Shown here: one piece after another, positions 28,606 through 43,819 of the stretch | Layout of the letters: each line of letters begins with the position of its first letter | Position numbering within the stretch: position 1 is the stretch's first letter | Source: Eledone cirrhosa | Taxonomy: Eukaryota | NCBI GenBank assembly: GCA_964016885.1 | Contig: OZ024746.1 | Span: forward strand, 33,914,001-33,978,000 | Direction: 5' to 3' | DNA length: 64,000 nucleotides | Made by a program: the position numbers and the translations under genes | Notes under the pieces: generated by a model | What the model was told of the DNA's origin: nothing | The model's input: the letters and a program-made list of their open reading frames with translations, nothing else | The model's database searches: none

Positions 28606-28634
28606 ATATATATATATATATACATAAATATACA

Positions 28635-28668
<34 letters not shown>

Positions 28669-28671
28669 ATG

Positions 28672-28880
28672 TATACAATGATAAATGGAAAGTATAATTT
28701 CTAAAAGCATATTTATTCTATTATTATTATATATATTTTAAGTGAACCACAATTTTGGTACGCTATCATCAGATAAAATACAAACTGTTTTATAAATATT
28801 CGACATAACCAAGGATTAACGGTTCGAGTTATAAAAATTTATATTTGTTGAATTACCAACACATTGAATATCCCTTTCTG
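28672..28880 (-). mobile_element. short hammerhead-bearing element (family of 43.8, 45.7 and 60.9 kb), degenerate
   Basis: Shares ATAAATGGAAAGTATA...CATATTTATT. The minus strand has TATTTTAT-CTGATGA at ~28766-28780 with GAAA mutated. Flanked by (TA)n. Confidence 0.6.
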
Positions 28881-28916
<36 letters not shown>

Positions 28917-30099
28917 ATATGAATGTAAATGTGAGTGCATTTGCAAACTAACTGATTATCAAGATTAACATTTGTTGAGCTTATAGTATATGAAACAAAG
29001 GGATTACAATAAACATGAACTTACTAATATATGTTCCACTAGTCTTGAGATGCCTTCGCTGGTGTGACAATGTAGTTCATTAAATATCGATTATCTTTGA
29101 CGTGATGTCATTGATTAAAGACAATCCCTATCTCATTAGCTAATATTTTAGCTAATGAGACATTTACATCATTAGTTTTCGAATGTAATTGCATTCTTTG
29201 ATTACGTTAAATAACAGCAATTACAGAACTGATGTATAGTTTGCTGGTAGCATAGATCTGGTGGAAATAGTAGCATGTTACTCCATAAAATCCCTCTTTG
29301 TTTGTGTACCATTATTTTCATTTGTTTTCAAAATAGTACTTTAAAATATAATTCAGCGCACTCGCATACATACACGCACACGGATACAGAATATTATATG
29401 ACAGAAATATGCTTATTGTAACCCGCTAAATAAGCGCAAATTGGAACACCATGGCAATTCTTCACTAGCCATTTTAAAAGGAAATTAAAACCAACTCTCG
29501 ATACAAGCCCCCCCCCCCCCCCTTCACACACACACACACACACACGCATATATAAATATATATATATATATATATGACCTCTATGGATATATTCTATTTT
29601 CCCCTTGCCTAAAATCTGAAAGGAAAATGTGAACGGATAGTCAGGAAAAGTCTGAATTGAAAAAGGTAAATGATAATAGTTCTGAAAGCATAATCTCTTG
29701 TTATTACTAAGAAATATTTACGAAATACATGAACGGAGTGTTTCTGTATATTTTACTTGTGAGCTTCAGTATGCTAGTTATTTTTTTACGTTTGGGTTTC
29801 GTTATCCATTCACTGATGTAAATATCGTTTTTTAAACTTCTAGAACAAAAGCTATTCTCAATATATACATGAAATACAAAATAAATAGCAGGATAATTCT
29901 GGAAAATATTGAATACCATAAAGCTATGTTGAATTATGTTGCTTTGGATTTTCATAGCAATTGATGTTCTACATTGGAAGATGTGCCAGAGGCAGACGAT
30001 GATCAGAGTTGTTTTGGAGCAAATATATGACCTCTGTTGTTGCTTGCCTTCAACATTATGTCATTAATGATGTGTGATTATATACGTTATTCTAAGAGT

Positions 30100-31480
30100 C
30101 ATGTGTGTCGGGTAGCCTGGATCTCTGGAAATGTATCTTAACAATGGCAATCGACAGTGATAAACCCAGTTTTCAAAAAGCGAGACAATATAGATTATTT
30201 TAATTTTAATGGTATCTTCTTTTCAGGCCGCCCCAGTAAACTCTAAAATATGTGTCTGGAAAAGTTATGTAGATTTATTGTCGTCACCAAGTTTCATAAT
30301 AATAAGTGTCGATTTCGGCCCAGACAGAGCGGAGCCGACTAAATACTCACAGTATGGAGTGTCTTTGAGAAATCCTGGAATATTGCCAGGAATTATACGC
30401 TTACTTTTTTCGTAGACCTGGAAAAGGGATAAGACTACGTTCCAAGTGACATATTATGGAAGGTTTTGCAAGAGTATAGGATCGAAAGACAGCTTCCTGT
30501 TGCCCTGATATTTTTATAAGAATGCCCATGTATGAGAGTTAACATCAATGCTTTTAATTTGAAACAATTCAATGTTGGTGTCGGACTCTGCAAATGTTTC
30601 CTGACATCTTTTGAACATTATTGACATGCGCAGCATGGTCTGAAGTGGTATCAAGATGAATGTGTATAGGATCACTCAGCTGGAGTTTGCGGACAACATC
30701 GTAATACTAAACTCGTTAGAAGTTGATATCCGACATGCACTTGAAAGGTTTGATGCTGAATGATGCACGAATGGAATGGAAATAAGTGCTGCAAATATTG
30801 AGACACTCGTCCTCATATAAGTGCACTTTACATGTGACTTGAGTTTTGCTTATACAGGTGGAGACGTTGAAGTATTTTGGAGTCATGTTCATGGGTGATG
30901 GAATACATGATGCTGAAATAAGTGCAACTATTGCAGCAGCTTGTGTAGTAATACTCCAGATCCTGACTTTTGTAGTTTGAGAAAGTGTGTTGAGTGGAAA
31001 AGAACGGTAGATTTAATTCGATATTTATGCCAACCCCTACTTAAATCTTGCGTAATGCCGAAAGAATGTTTTTGTGAATTCAAGGAGCAAAAACGTATTT
31101 CCTCTGAAGGGTAATTGGAGTAACGTTACTCATTAGCGTGAGTAGTTCGGGGATCAAATAGTTGCTCTATGTAGAACAACTGTTTCTTCAAATTGAGAGA
31201 TCACAGTTCCGATGCTACGGACGTAGTGTTAGAATAACGTAGTAAACAAATGCTAGACAGATTTTCTGGCAAAATGCAAACGACAAGTGGTCAGGGTTGA
31301 TTCCGAGCACGATGCGTGAATAACATGCATGAGCTAGGCGTGTACAGCTTGGGTATTCAGCCGGTTCAATTATAGACGTCTGATTGAGATAGGACGGGCT
31401 GGAATGCGGGTGCGTGGATATTAACACCACGACCCTCAAACTGAGAGTTTTGGCGATGGAATAGAAGAAAGGTTGATGGA
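30100..31480 (+). mobile_element. degenerate RTE (Expander-like) LINE, RT through 3' end
   Basis: WQSTVINPVFKK, FVDLEK, LEFADNIV (FADD motif) and QVETLKYFGVMFMGDG...EI appear in RT order with stops and frameshifts. Confidence 0.85.
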
Positions 31481-32640
31481 TATCTACTCAAGATATGGAC
31501 GAATCAGACGAATGAAGTGATACCTGGCAAAAGGACAGATAAGATTACAGCAACAAACAACCTAAGCAGGCCTTCTACCCTTTATAACGAGAGGAAATCA
31601 TGTCTCAAAATAAATCCAGGAATAAACTATGAAAGAAACGATCCATGGTGGAAAAGAAGAATAGGGTAGGCCATTAGTAGAATAAGGAAAGTTATGAATT
31701 TTCCTAGATAAAAAGAAACGAAGCGAACGAAGAGGGAGGACAAATATCAGAAACTTGAACGTAAATACAGGATTTAAAATGAGGGTATAAAATAGTTTGT
31801 GTTTTCTGAGGACCTATTTTTCTCAAACATGCCTTCTCTGAGAACCTCAAATAAAGGCTTTTCTTCGTATCATTTTAAGAAACCCATATGGCTTTCTTAG
31901 GTTTGACAGCAACCAGTACACTAGCAAATCTCTATTTCCTTATTTTCTGTTTCAATGCAGCCTTTCTGCGTCAAAGTTTTGGTGCATATTTCGATAGATA
32001 GTGAGTACTTTGGTATTGTTATTGTTGTTGATATGTTCTTGTTGATTTTGTTATTGTTATTATTATTAATAATAATATTAATAATATTGGTAACAATAAT
32101 AATATTGATATTGATAATAATATTAATGATAATAATAACCATAACAATATTGTTATTCTTTTCGCATTTGTATTTAACCTTGCTAAAATTTTTGTCCTTT
32201 GTTATCATGGTCATGCCCATGAGCATAATTTTTTATGTTCTGTATCATTCTTTTTATTCAATTAGATTAAAATCAAATTGTTAAGTTGGCTTCATGGGAA
32301 AATAAGAACCGCTTAAATAAATAAAAACATAAATATATACATAAACATCAATAAAACAGCATCACAAGAAATAATACTTCCAAATAGTTCAAACATGAAA
32401 GATTAAAATGTCACTAGTTCTCGTATTGTCGGTCAGCTTAAGATGATTTGGTATTGGCATGGCTCACAAAGAATAGTATTTCAATACATGTGATGTTTAT
32501 TTATATTTTCACCATCCAATAAAGTCAGTTGGACTTGTGTTGACTAGAAGACATACTAACTGTCTAGACAGTCAATCTTTTATTATATGATAATGCATAT
32601 ATAATGACACCCTCAATCATATGGATATATATGTATATAT

Positions 32641-32749
<109 letters not shown>

Positions 32750-34139
32750 ATATATATATAATCTACGCACATGCATGCACAAATATACCAAATCAGTATC
32801 ACTATCTGAAGAAATAACAAAGAGAATCATACACAATCATATATAAATGTCTCTCCCTCTCTATCACTGTTTCTCGCTTTCTCTTTCCCCATCTTTTGCA
32901 TTCTCCCCACCCGCCTTCTGTCTCTCTCTATATATATATATGAAGCCGGCTTTTGTGTGTACGCTTATGTTTTCATATCTATGTTATGTTTCAATGTCTG
33001 TGTACTTTATATTGTTTTCAAGAATAGGAGGTGAACGCGGACACTTTCATCAAAATTGTGACAAGAGAATTTCTCTGATATCGCATGTGAAATGATAAAT
33101 GTCTGCTTGAGGAGACATACTGTTTACAAAAAATATAAAACTAAATACAAATATAACGGACTCACATAACTTGAAGAATGATAATATCAATATTAACTCC
33201 ATCGACAACTACAAACAATATCGGTGCCATCAGCCAGTCAGTAATACATCAACAATATCAAACAATAATTGCAGCATGAAACAAGAAGACATATGACAAA
33301 GTTAAGAAATGTAGACATACGTTACATTAGGAATATTATCAAAAATAAGAACAGACATTACACAAACAATATTACTATCATAAAATGAATAGTGAATGGT
33401 TGCATCGAGACAACAAATCAAATTTTGCAAACGGGCGTTGATGCTTGATTGCATAATATATCAAATTAATTACGTGAGTAGTACATTTAATATGAACTGC
33501 GGAATGGGTAGGCAGTTATTCCAATCAAATCAAATCCAATGCGGGGCCTTCTAACCTCTGCTGGAAGTACCTTTCCCTGGTTCATCTCCAACGCTTTCTG
33601 TTTTCTTTTGCTCATGTCAAGTGTAAAGCCGCACTCATCACGAGTCTATTTAATCTATAGTTGCGATGGATGCTCTTTGACTGAGGAATTCATTCACTAA
33701 TTCATTCAGCTCTTGTTTTTATGGTGCGGTTGGGGTTCAATTTACAATCCTCACTACAACAGGCTCTGGTGGTGGCAGCCAGTTTAATCACCGACAATTC
33801 GACTATGAATCAGGTTATACTGGGTTATTAGTAGCAGGCAGAAAACTGATTGGGGTTGACCTAACCAAGCAGTTATTGCATGAGAGGTATTTGTAATCAA
33901 TTTTGTTTGATGATGTAGCTATTCAGCTAAGTCTACTAATGCAACAATCCATACATGATATAAAAAAAAAACAAGAACATAGAAATTAGAATTATTTAAA
34001 TAATGCAACAGGTAAATAAAATACCAGAAATAATCTGTCATAATTAGTAACTACAATGGATAACATGATTCGTACCCCATAGATATGCCTCTTTATGTTC
34101 TGAGTAATCTGCATTTAATCTTAATTAGTTGATAGAATA

Positions 34140-34680
34140 AAATACCAGTAACACACTATAGTCGATTTAATTCATTATATCTAATCCTTTCAAATTGCCG
34201 GTGTTGTGCCAAAATTAGAAACAATTATTAGTAACAACAACAATAATAATTACACCAAAAATAATCGTTTCTACTATAGGCAGAAAGCCAGTAATTTGGG
34301 GCTAGAGGAATGTCGATTAAGTGGATCGCAGTGCATTACTGTTACCGTTAGGATGAAAGGCTCTAACGATACTGCCAATCAACCGCCATAATGACACCAA
34401 ACATAATGGTTTCTTATATAGGCTCAAAGTCAGCAATGTGGGGGAGGAAAAGTAGATTAAATCGACTCCAATGTGTGACTGGTACTTTATTTTACCGACC
34501 CCGTAACGATGAAAGGCCAAGTTAACCTCGGCGGGATTTGAACTCAGATCATAAAGTGACAAAACTCTATGCTGCAAAGCAAGGCGTCTGGCCCTCTACC
34601 GAATCTGCCAATTACACAAAAAATAATCTTCATTGTTTCTACCTTCAGCTCAAACCCAGCAGTATGAAGGATGATGTATT
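34140..34680. mobile_element. cluster of SINE fragments (a + strand tail at 34140-34230; minus copies at 34262-34390, 34405-34612 and 34630-34670)
   Basis: Recognisable tail, core and B-box pieces. Confidence 0.75.
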
Positions 34681-35013
34681 GTTGCCCCTAAAAGTCCATG
34701 CATATGTTAGACTGGTTAATGGGTGGACCCGAAGGTGCAAGCAGTTCATTATAAACTCAGACCGGGAGTTGATCTCAAGGCTTTTCACTTTTAAGATCTC
34801 CATCATACATACGCGTCCGTGAATCACACATTTGGAATTGATCTGTCAACTAAATAAATTGATAATGTTCTCTGCGTGGATATTTAAGAATTTTACATGG
34901 ATACAATTTTATGCATATATCATTAAATATATCATGATCAAGTAAAAGTATGAATGAATATATGTACAATCACTCGTTCGTGCTCGTGCACACACACACA
35001 CGCGCGCACGTAT

Positions 35014-35064
<51 letters not shown>

Positions 35065-35836
35065 GTATATATGTATATATATATATATATATATGCGTGT
35101 GTGTGTATATATATGTGTGTGTGTATGAGCGTACGTATGTATGTATATATATATATATATACAGAGAGAGAGAGAGAGAGAGTGAGAGGGCAAGTGATAG
35201 AGAGAACGAAATATGGTAGAATATTTCTTCGATGTCAGTTGCATCATTGTCTTCATATGTTATCATTAATCGAAACCATTTCCAATTAACATTATCCGAA
35301 TAACCCTTTATTCATATACAATAGAAATGATATGAACATCTGGCAGGAACAGTAAAAGCTGTATTTGACTTCTTGCAAAATGATAAAATGTCCCATATTT
35401 AGAAGTAATATCCCTAACAGTATCACATAAAGGTATATTGTAAATTATCGGATATTAGGTCTGAATATTTGCTTTGGATTTAATCGAGTTAGTCATGAAT
35501 TTGAAAGGAACGCGTCAAAGATCACGCAGTAATAATGAGCGAAAGGATTGCTTGATATTGATATTTCTGTGGTATATCTCATTGGTAGGGTTGTCGTAGT
35601 AGATAATATGGCAGCTGTTAATAATAGACAAAACGAACCTATCGCGTGACGTGACGGACTGCGAAATAAATCTGATAAGCGCCGCGAGAAGTAGAATATT
35701 TGTAAGCACTTTAGCGCTTAAATGCTACAATGTATAAATATTTGACTATACACTTTCTATGCGTACATTTCAAGTAAGAGACTTACATAAGAAATTCGTT
35801 CATCTGAAATTTATTCACACACACACACACATACAC

Positions 35837-35899
<63 letters not shown>

Positions 35900-35901
<2 letters not shown>

Positions 35902-37630
35902 TTTGCGGGGGTGAAAGCGAGATGATGTTAGAAGAGATATGGAAATATCCCTGATTTAATATAACTGCCAAATGGGCTGGAGCTGAGAATAGTCATTGAA
36001 AGCAAAAATCCAAAACGATATATGTGTGGGTCCACAAGCCACATAAAAGCTTTCTGCACAAGAACAATAAAAGAAAAGAGGCCAGTGCGAGTAGCAACAT
36101 AGTGGCCTCCACTAAAACACCAACAACGACAGCAAGAACATCAACGTATACCGTTAGCTATAAAACCAACAAGACCAGCAGGTTCTACATGAACACCAGA
36201 GACAAAAAACCACCAACAGCAGCAGAAACAATAATACCAACACATACACGAGTGGAAGACATGACTTTTCCCGACGTAAGTCATTTGGACACGGATTATA
36301 ACGAGGTTGAGGAGTGGAAATCCATCTGCCACAGGAACAAAAATGTAACATAAGTGGGCGAAAGAGAAATTAATACTAATGCCGTGATGAAAACAATGCC
36401 ACATTTATTACAAACCACCATCCAACCATCAACCATACCAACCGCACTAACACAACTATCAACCGCACAAAAGACCCCAAACACACAAAAAACACCAACA
36501 GCATCCTATATACAATCAAACGCACACCCGCCGCTAACACAAACACAAACCCAACAAACGACAATTCACCGAAGCAATTGTAGATTTCCGATAGACGATC
36601 TAGAAACAAATTTACAGATATTTTTGACGAGGTAACCTCCAAATGTCTGGAGGGATGGAAAAACCGGACTGCCTTCACACTATTGATATCAGTGGACTTC
36701 CTAAAAGACTATGGCCTCTTCATCGAACATGGCTTTACTTAGAATAGGCATTGTAAATTCACGCGATCTGAAATCCTTTTCGAACCAGACTCACTTAGAT
36801 AACGACCCATAGCAATGAACATAGAAGTAGTGGCCAACGGGAAAACCAGAATCCACAACAGCACTAGTATTTGCGTGTACCGTATGAGGCTAGAAGTTGT
36901 ATGCATCCGCATGTCCTGCAACATTCTGGAGGCGGATGCACTGCATTGTTTTGGAAAGGTGAAGATCTCAAAATATAGAACATATTTCTGGACGCAAAAA
37001 AGTTAGTTCATGGTTCTGGAAGAGAGCAGCACGAAGGCATGAATTACAGTTTACTTGCCATCTATGCAAAGACAGTAGCCTGATGGCCAGATTCCCTCAG
37101 CATCCTGGAAGACTGTCTATGAACATCTCGTTTGAAATGTATGTGGGTGACTTCAACGGTATATGCGACGCACACTGGGAATGCATGTGGCTAGCAGATA
37201 GATGAGAAAATGTGGAAGCCCCAGAAACCTGCTCAGACATTTCCAATGTCTGGTATTCAGCAGCGAATGAGGAGTCTTGCGAAAAGCCGATGATTGCCGG
37301 GGAAATATGATGACTAACTACACGTGGGTTCATTCATCTGGTTTGAACAGTCTACCTTTCAAGCTTTACGCTTAGATACCCGACCTTTTTATTTTTCGCT
37401 TGGCAGAAGTCTGCTTCAACTGATATTAGAACGGCAGTATTCCTATTTATGGGAGCCGAAGAACTGCGGTGCGGCTTAAAATGGACACGAACAGGAGGGA
37501 TTTGTTTAATTTAGTTGCATATTTCTGCTAAATGTTGCCAAGGTACTCGTGAGGAGGTTGGCGCTTGTAGTCACTGATATAGTAAGGGAGCACATACTTG
37601 TGCCATCCCGAACAGATCCAACCCTAATTC
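35900..37630 (+). mobile_element. heavily deleted Tx1/L1-clade LINE: ORF1, APE endonuclease and RT remnants
   Basis: Thr-rich ORF1-like pieces (36024-36635), an RRM-like NILEADALHCFGKV, the APE motif VGDFNGICDAH at ~37143-37175, and the RT-start motif AKVLVRRLALVVTDIV/TCAIPNRS at ~37537-37620. Confidence 0.7.
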
Positions 37631-38193
37631 CATTGAACTCAACTGCGCTGTATCAAATGACAAAATGAATGAAGAAAATGCATAATGTTAAAGAAATATA
37701 AAAAGATGTTTTTGTAACATTACTTCTTTTTCTGCTTTTACTTATAATGCAATATTTTTCGTGTTTGCTCCTTTTCTGAATTTTCACTCAAATCCAGCTG
37801 TGCAAAACATTTATCGTCTCAGGAGGCTTTTAGTGAAATAGTCTTCACTATAAATATAGAAATAAAATAAATAAATACTCACGCACAAGACCCTACAATA
37901 TTAACGCAAAACATAAATATGTTCCTGTGTAATATTCGTATTTATATCAACGTAAACAACAAGCAAGCACAATATAAGATCCCATCGGAAGAATAAATAG
38001 TTTATTAACACAAAAGGTCGTTTATAGACAAATCCGCTCGCACATATATCCATGCATACACACAGACGCACACACACATACACATACACACACACATATA
38101 CACACACACACATACACACACACCTATATATATATGTATATAGTAATAATAAATGTGAAGACTAAAATCCGAAGAGGGCTCGATAATTATTAT

Positions 38194-38244
<51 letters not shown>

Positions 38245-38249
<5 letters not shown>

Positions 38250-38522
38250 GGTTAAACAAGGTTCAATGAATAAATTAAAGAATGGGTTTTACAATAGATT
38301 GGAAGCACTCAACAGTTATGGTTTTTCGGAGTTATTAATATTAATGACTACCATCACTACCATGACTGAATCTTACCAATCTACTATGTCAGGGTATGTC
38401 ATGCATCATCTTATTTTATCTGATGAGGACGTACTGTTGAAGTTAACTCAGTACTTCTGAAATATGTATAATAAAATATACTTGATCACAAGAATATCTA
38501 TTTTGTTAATATTTTGAATTAA
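38245..38522 (+). mobile_element. ~280-bp hammerhead-bearing non-coding element in (TA)n
   Basis: Homologous to the reverse complement of 44385-44712 (AAGGTTAAACAAGGTTCA start) and flanked by (TA)n. Confidence 0.75.
38412..38478 (+). ncRNA. type I minimal hammerhead ribozyme
   Basis: TATTTTAT-CTGATGA-GGAcGTACTG...CAGTACTTCt-GAAA-TATGTA-TA-ATAAAATA. Stem I is a perfect 8 bp and the core is intact. Confidence 0.85.
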
Positions 38523-39687
38523 TATATATATATATATATATAAACCTGTAGAGCAAATATTTATTATAAGAACAAGTTAAAGTTTGAGCAAAGAATCGCT
38601 GCTTAACGGGATTTTTTGAAACTAAACAAAAATCAATCTGTGGACGCAGAAGTAAATATTTCATAAAACATTACAACCGAAGGAAAACAGGAAGGCGATG
38701 CGTTGGTTTGTAGAAGATGATACGTTGGTTTCGAAGAAACTCTGATTATATCTATCCGGTAGCATCTAGCCTCGGTCACTAATTCCTGTTCTTATATGAA
38801 AGGATTGCGACATTTCAGTTACCTATTATTAAGGTTTGTTCCCTTCCGGACTCTTATCGATGTCTCAGGATACGCAAATCTGTGCCCCCATCCTACGACT
38901 CCGAGGACATGCTACAGGCTCATTGTCATTTATGGCAGTGACGGCTTGCGACTGAAATATATTTTTCGAACGTAACCCTCTAACTAAAACCTTAACGCAT
39001 CGTTTGTTAACCGAGAAAATCAGTCATATATAATTATTATATTTCAGTTACACCCTCTAAAAACCGACGGGCAGAGTTGTGTTAAAATAATTGTCAACAC
39101 CACATTGTGATTTCACAATAATTGTGACTATTAACTAATATGTATATATGATTGAACGCCGATTTTATTTTAACGTTTTTAAGTAATTATAGACCTGTAA
39201 ATCTGTAATTGTATGTGTAGTAGATAATTAAGTATATTTTTTTAATAAGAACACTATCGTTATGACGTTTTATCATTTTAATTTAAAACATTATTCTTGA
39301 TATAGTTGTGGATATTAATGCACATTTATATATCCGTTGAAAAGAAAAGAAGAAAATATATGTAACAAAAGAGGAATGAAGTCTACGAAAATGTACTGAG
39401 TGCCAATTTATTAGTAATATATGTTTCGTTTCTGTGTTACAAAACATACAAAGAATGCAGAACGCGTGATTTTGCGTACGTATTTTAATTTCGATATTGT
39501 TATGCGTAATTGTATCTACATTAAATTGTAGCTACATTAAACACAAACCGCAATTTCCTACAAAAACCTACCACCGTGCGGAAAGGCAAATATATTACAA
39601 ATATAAGTACCTAAATTATGTATTTTTCTAGTAACAATATTTCAATGTTCATATATGTCCTTGACTGAATTACTATTGGCAAAGTTA

Positions 39688-40866
39688 AATTACAAATTCC
39701 AGAATTACTAAGTTGTTTCCGTAGTAACAGTAGAGAAATTACGATTTTAGTGCGCACAACGGTTAATGATGTAATATCTTCCATTTAGTTTATGAGATAT
39801 ATGTAAATTCATCAATTGCAGTGACGTAAATTCATTACAAATTTAGATTTACTTTTCATCGGGTGCAATTTTCTTTTTCAGTATGGATTTTTTTGCGCAC
39901 TTCAAGGGATAAAATTACGTTATCTATAGCAGTATACTTCTAGGAGTAAAACATTTGAGCGTACATATTCAAACATTATTCAGTTGCAAACTATGTATAG
40001 GTTGCATTGATTGAATAACGTTGAAGACAAATTCTTGCACACTCAACATATATATTACTTACTTGGTAAATCACAGTTGATAGGCCGTCCAAGGCAAAAT
40101 CACGGCAGCAGATCGACATGTAAAAGGATGGCCATGAATGCAAACTTCCTGAAAATTGAGTTTGTTATTCAGTGATGCATTACACTATATTCCCTCTGCA
40201 TTGTGTTCTCAGAAGAATGGGATCAACTAACAACCCCCTTCGGATTCAAATAATATTCAATGTTTGTACTCTCAACGTGGTGATCAAAAACTCTCTTAGA
40301 CAGGCTTTTGGAGTTGTTGATACCCTCAGGATGTGGGTACATTTAAAAGTCCATCAAGTAATACATAACGACCTTCTTGTCTACAAGGACGGCTATGAAC
40401 AGAAAATTACAAATTCCAGAATTATTAAGTTGTTTCCATGGTAACAGTAGAGAAATTACGATTTTAGTGCGCACAACGGTTAATGATGTACTATCTTCTA
40501 TCTCGTTTATGAGATATATGTAAATTCATCAATTGCAGTGACGTAAATTCATTAGAGATTTAGATTTACGGGTGCAATTTTCTTTTTCAGTATGGTTTTT
40601 TTTGCAGCACTTCAATGAATAAAATTGTTATCTATAGCAGTATACTTCTAGGAGTAAAACGTATGAGCGTACATATTCAAACATTATTCAGTTGCAATCT
40701 ATGTATATGTCGCATTGATTGAATAACATTGAAGACAAATTCTTGCACACACAACATATATATTACTTACTTGGAAGATCACAGTTGATAGGCCGTCCAA
40801 GGCAAAATCACGGCACCAGATCGACATGTAAAAGGTTGGCCCTGAATGCAAACTTCCTGAAAATTC
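39688..40866. repeat. ~465-bp direct repeat (39688-40157 and 40405-40866), period ~717 bp
   Basis: TTACAAATTCCAGAATTA...AATGCAAACTTCCTGAAAATT occurs twice with scattered substitutions and a unique ~250-bp spacer. Confidence 0.92.
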
Positions 40867-40906
40867 ACTTGGCCCTGTATGCGTGACGTCGACAACATGC
40901 AGCCGA

Positions 40907-40946
<40 letters not shown>

Positions 40947-41017
40947 AATATTCACATATTTATGATATATCACTTCTCATTCCTCGGCCTTCTACACTCC
41001 CCATCTCTACCGTCCTG

Positions 41018-41081
41018 TATTGTGTATAATGGTATAATATTTATATGAATTTGATTTGGGACACACATTTCACACACACAG

Positions 41082-41155
<74 letters not shown>

Positions 41156-41219
41156 CTGTGTGTGTGAAATGTGTGTCCCAAATCAAATTCATATAAATAT
41201 TATACCATTATACACAATA
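41018..41219. repeat. ~200-bp palindrome centred on a (TA)n tract
   Basis: TATTGTGTATAATGGTATAATATTTATATGAATTTGATTTGGGACACACATTTCAC... is mirrored after the TA run. Confidence 0.95.
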
Positions 41220-41285
41220 ATATATATATATATATAAAATAAAGTTAAATAAAAGTCAAATGATTAAAATTTAGCTTCGTTTATT

Positions 41286-41340
41286 ACTGCTATATATATT
41301 TCAGTGACAGCCATCTTTGGCTGTGACCTCTTCAGGCAGT
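41286..41340 (-). ncRNA. type I minimal hammerhead ribozyme
   Basis: ACTGC-CTGAAGA-ggtcACAGCCA aaga TGGCTGTcact-GAAA-TATATA-TA-GCAGT. The core is intact, stems I and II are complementary and stem III is palindromic. It lies in a ~170-bp segment (41236-41406) between (TA)n tracts. Confidence 0.85.
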
Positions 41341-41398
41341 TTGAATTAGTATGGTATAGACAAGTACATATGTTGTTTAGGTGTATGATATTGTCAAT

Positions 41399-41511
<113 letters not shown>

Positions 41512-41924
41512 GATGAGAAATTACGTTAGCAGCCGAAGTGTTTATGATAGGAGTTGTAGCTTGAAAAAGACAGAATGGTTAACCGAAACTGAACCAAGTG
41601 TATATAAATATACACGCATCTATTACGTTGGTAGGTAAACCACCATAATACGCTGATGTACGAATATCTCTGTGTATTGAAAATAAAATCTTTTCGGGCA
41701 TAAGAAGGCGTGTAAGTTATCCAAATAACCACAAAGAAATACTCATTTTCTTGGCTTATTTACCCATTCGATAATAGCGTTATTCTCAGACGAGTAATAA
41801 TTTGCATATAATGTGCCCTTCTGCTGGTAGTTATTTAATTAAGATATACCTATTTTAGGAAGTGCCACAGCCGCCAAATTGTATGATGAATTCATATATA
41901 TATATACATATATACACTTACACG

Positions 41925-41964
<40 letters not shown>

Positions 41965-41970
41965 CACACA

Positions 41971-42106
<136 letters not shown>

Positions 42107-42824
42107 GGACTGTAACAACAGAAGCAGGACTATCAAATATTACAACAACAATATCGATTAATAGTTATAAAATCACTAATGCTTAAATTCGTTTCTGTGT
42201 TTAAATTATGTTTTGGTTTTATTAGATTTTTCGAGGCTCGTACATTCAGAATTTCAAAACTAATGACAATTTCCCTAGCCTCAAAAATATATCAAAAAGG
42301 AAACATATAAACAATAAATTACTGATGAGGTATTCTTATAGGCCTATATATTAATTCACATTTTTCTCACAAATTAATCTGATTAAACTGATTAGAAAAA
42401 CAAGAATTTATTTGTATCTCCAACAGATTGCATTTCCTTGATATTATATTTTACAATGTGCCAGAAAAACCTGAATAATTTGATGTGAAAATATCTTTCA
42501 AATTATCTAAATGTTTATTCATTGTGTTTGTACCATTATTTGAAAGGAGAATTAGTTATCAGAATGTATTTCTTGGAACATCAATCTTAAACTATACATA
42601 TTTCGCACCAGTAACAAAATATTTCAAAAGACGTAAATTATTTAATAGATTATTTGCACTGATAAAGTTTGCACTGATAAAGTAATGTTTCAGATTTTCG
42701 CTATAAATATTCGTATAACATATTGTAATTAGTACTGTTTTGTAGAAAATCACTCTCGTATCATTTAAAGAAATATTTATCGATAATTAGACGCCGTTTA
42801 AATCTATTCGAGAACCAATTTGAT

Positions 42825-42950
42825 TCTTCTTCTTCTTCTTCTTCATCTTCTTCTTCTTCTTCGTCTTCGTCTTCTTCTTCTTCTTCTTCTTCTTCTTCTT
42901 CTTCTTCTTCTTCTTCTTCTTCTTCTTCTTCTTCTTCTTCTTCTTCTTCT

Positions 42951-42997
<47 letters not shown>

Positions 42998-43015
42998 TTC
43001 TTATTATTATTATTC
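42825..43015. repeat. (CTT)n microsatellite
   Basis: About 60 CTT units; the poly-Leu ORF is an artefact. Confidence 0.97.
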
Positions 43016-43784
43016 TTGGTCAGGTTGACTAAAAAGGAATGCTGGTGCTATTATTATTGTTACACAAGATCAGGAACACAAAACGGAGTTGGTTGTAGCT
43101 ATCATCGATGGCCAAATTTCCTTCCCGCCCTATCTCATAAAGAAGAGTATGTGAGACATATTTTTTGTAGATGTGAACAATTAGCAAAAAGTCGATATAA
43201 CAGAAAAAGTTCATTGAGAGTTATGCAAAAATACAAAATCGAAACCCTATGTCGGTGAAACGAACATACTCCAATTAAATCCTGTATGAATCCTGTATCA
43301 ATCTTTTGTGTGAATAGGAAATTGGCCGTGCCTAGATTCATTGTAGTTTTCACTGCTCCGAGTTCAAATCCTTGCTGATCAAATTTGTAACAATTGAATG
43401 TTTGTTTTTTTTGGCCGAATATTTAGTGCGTTTGATGATATGCATTCCAATCTTTCTGTTGGTTCGAATCTCAGTGATGGCTAGGAGTAATAGACCAGCC
43501 ACCAGATCTCAACTGATTATGAAAACTGTAATGGTGGAGTACATTATTTATTGAATACTTATTGTCCTACTCTTTTCCAAAAGCAGCACTATTGCATGCA
43601 CATATTTCTCCAACAATTATCAACGGTGTAAATAACTAAGCAAAGCCAATGCCATATACAGGCAGAAGCAAATCCACCCACCGGCAGTTATTAGTACATA
43701 CACGTAAGATAGATTTGAAACGTAATTACGTATGAGAAAAATAATATGGCACTATACTCACGCACACACACACAGACAAAACAC

Positions 43785-43813
<29 letters not shown>

Positions 43814-43819
<6 letters not shown>

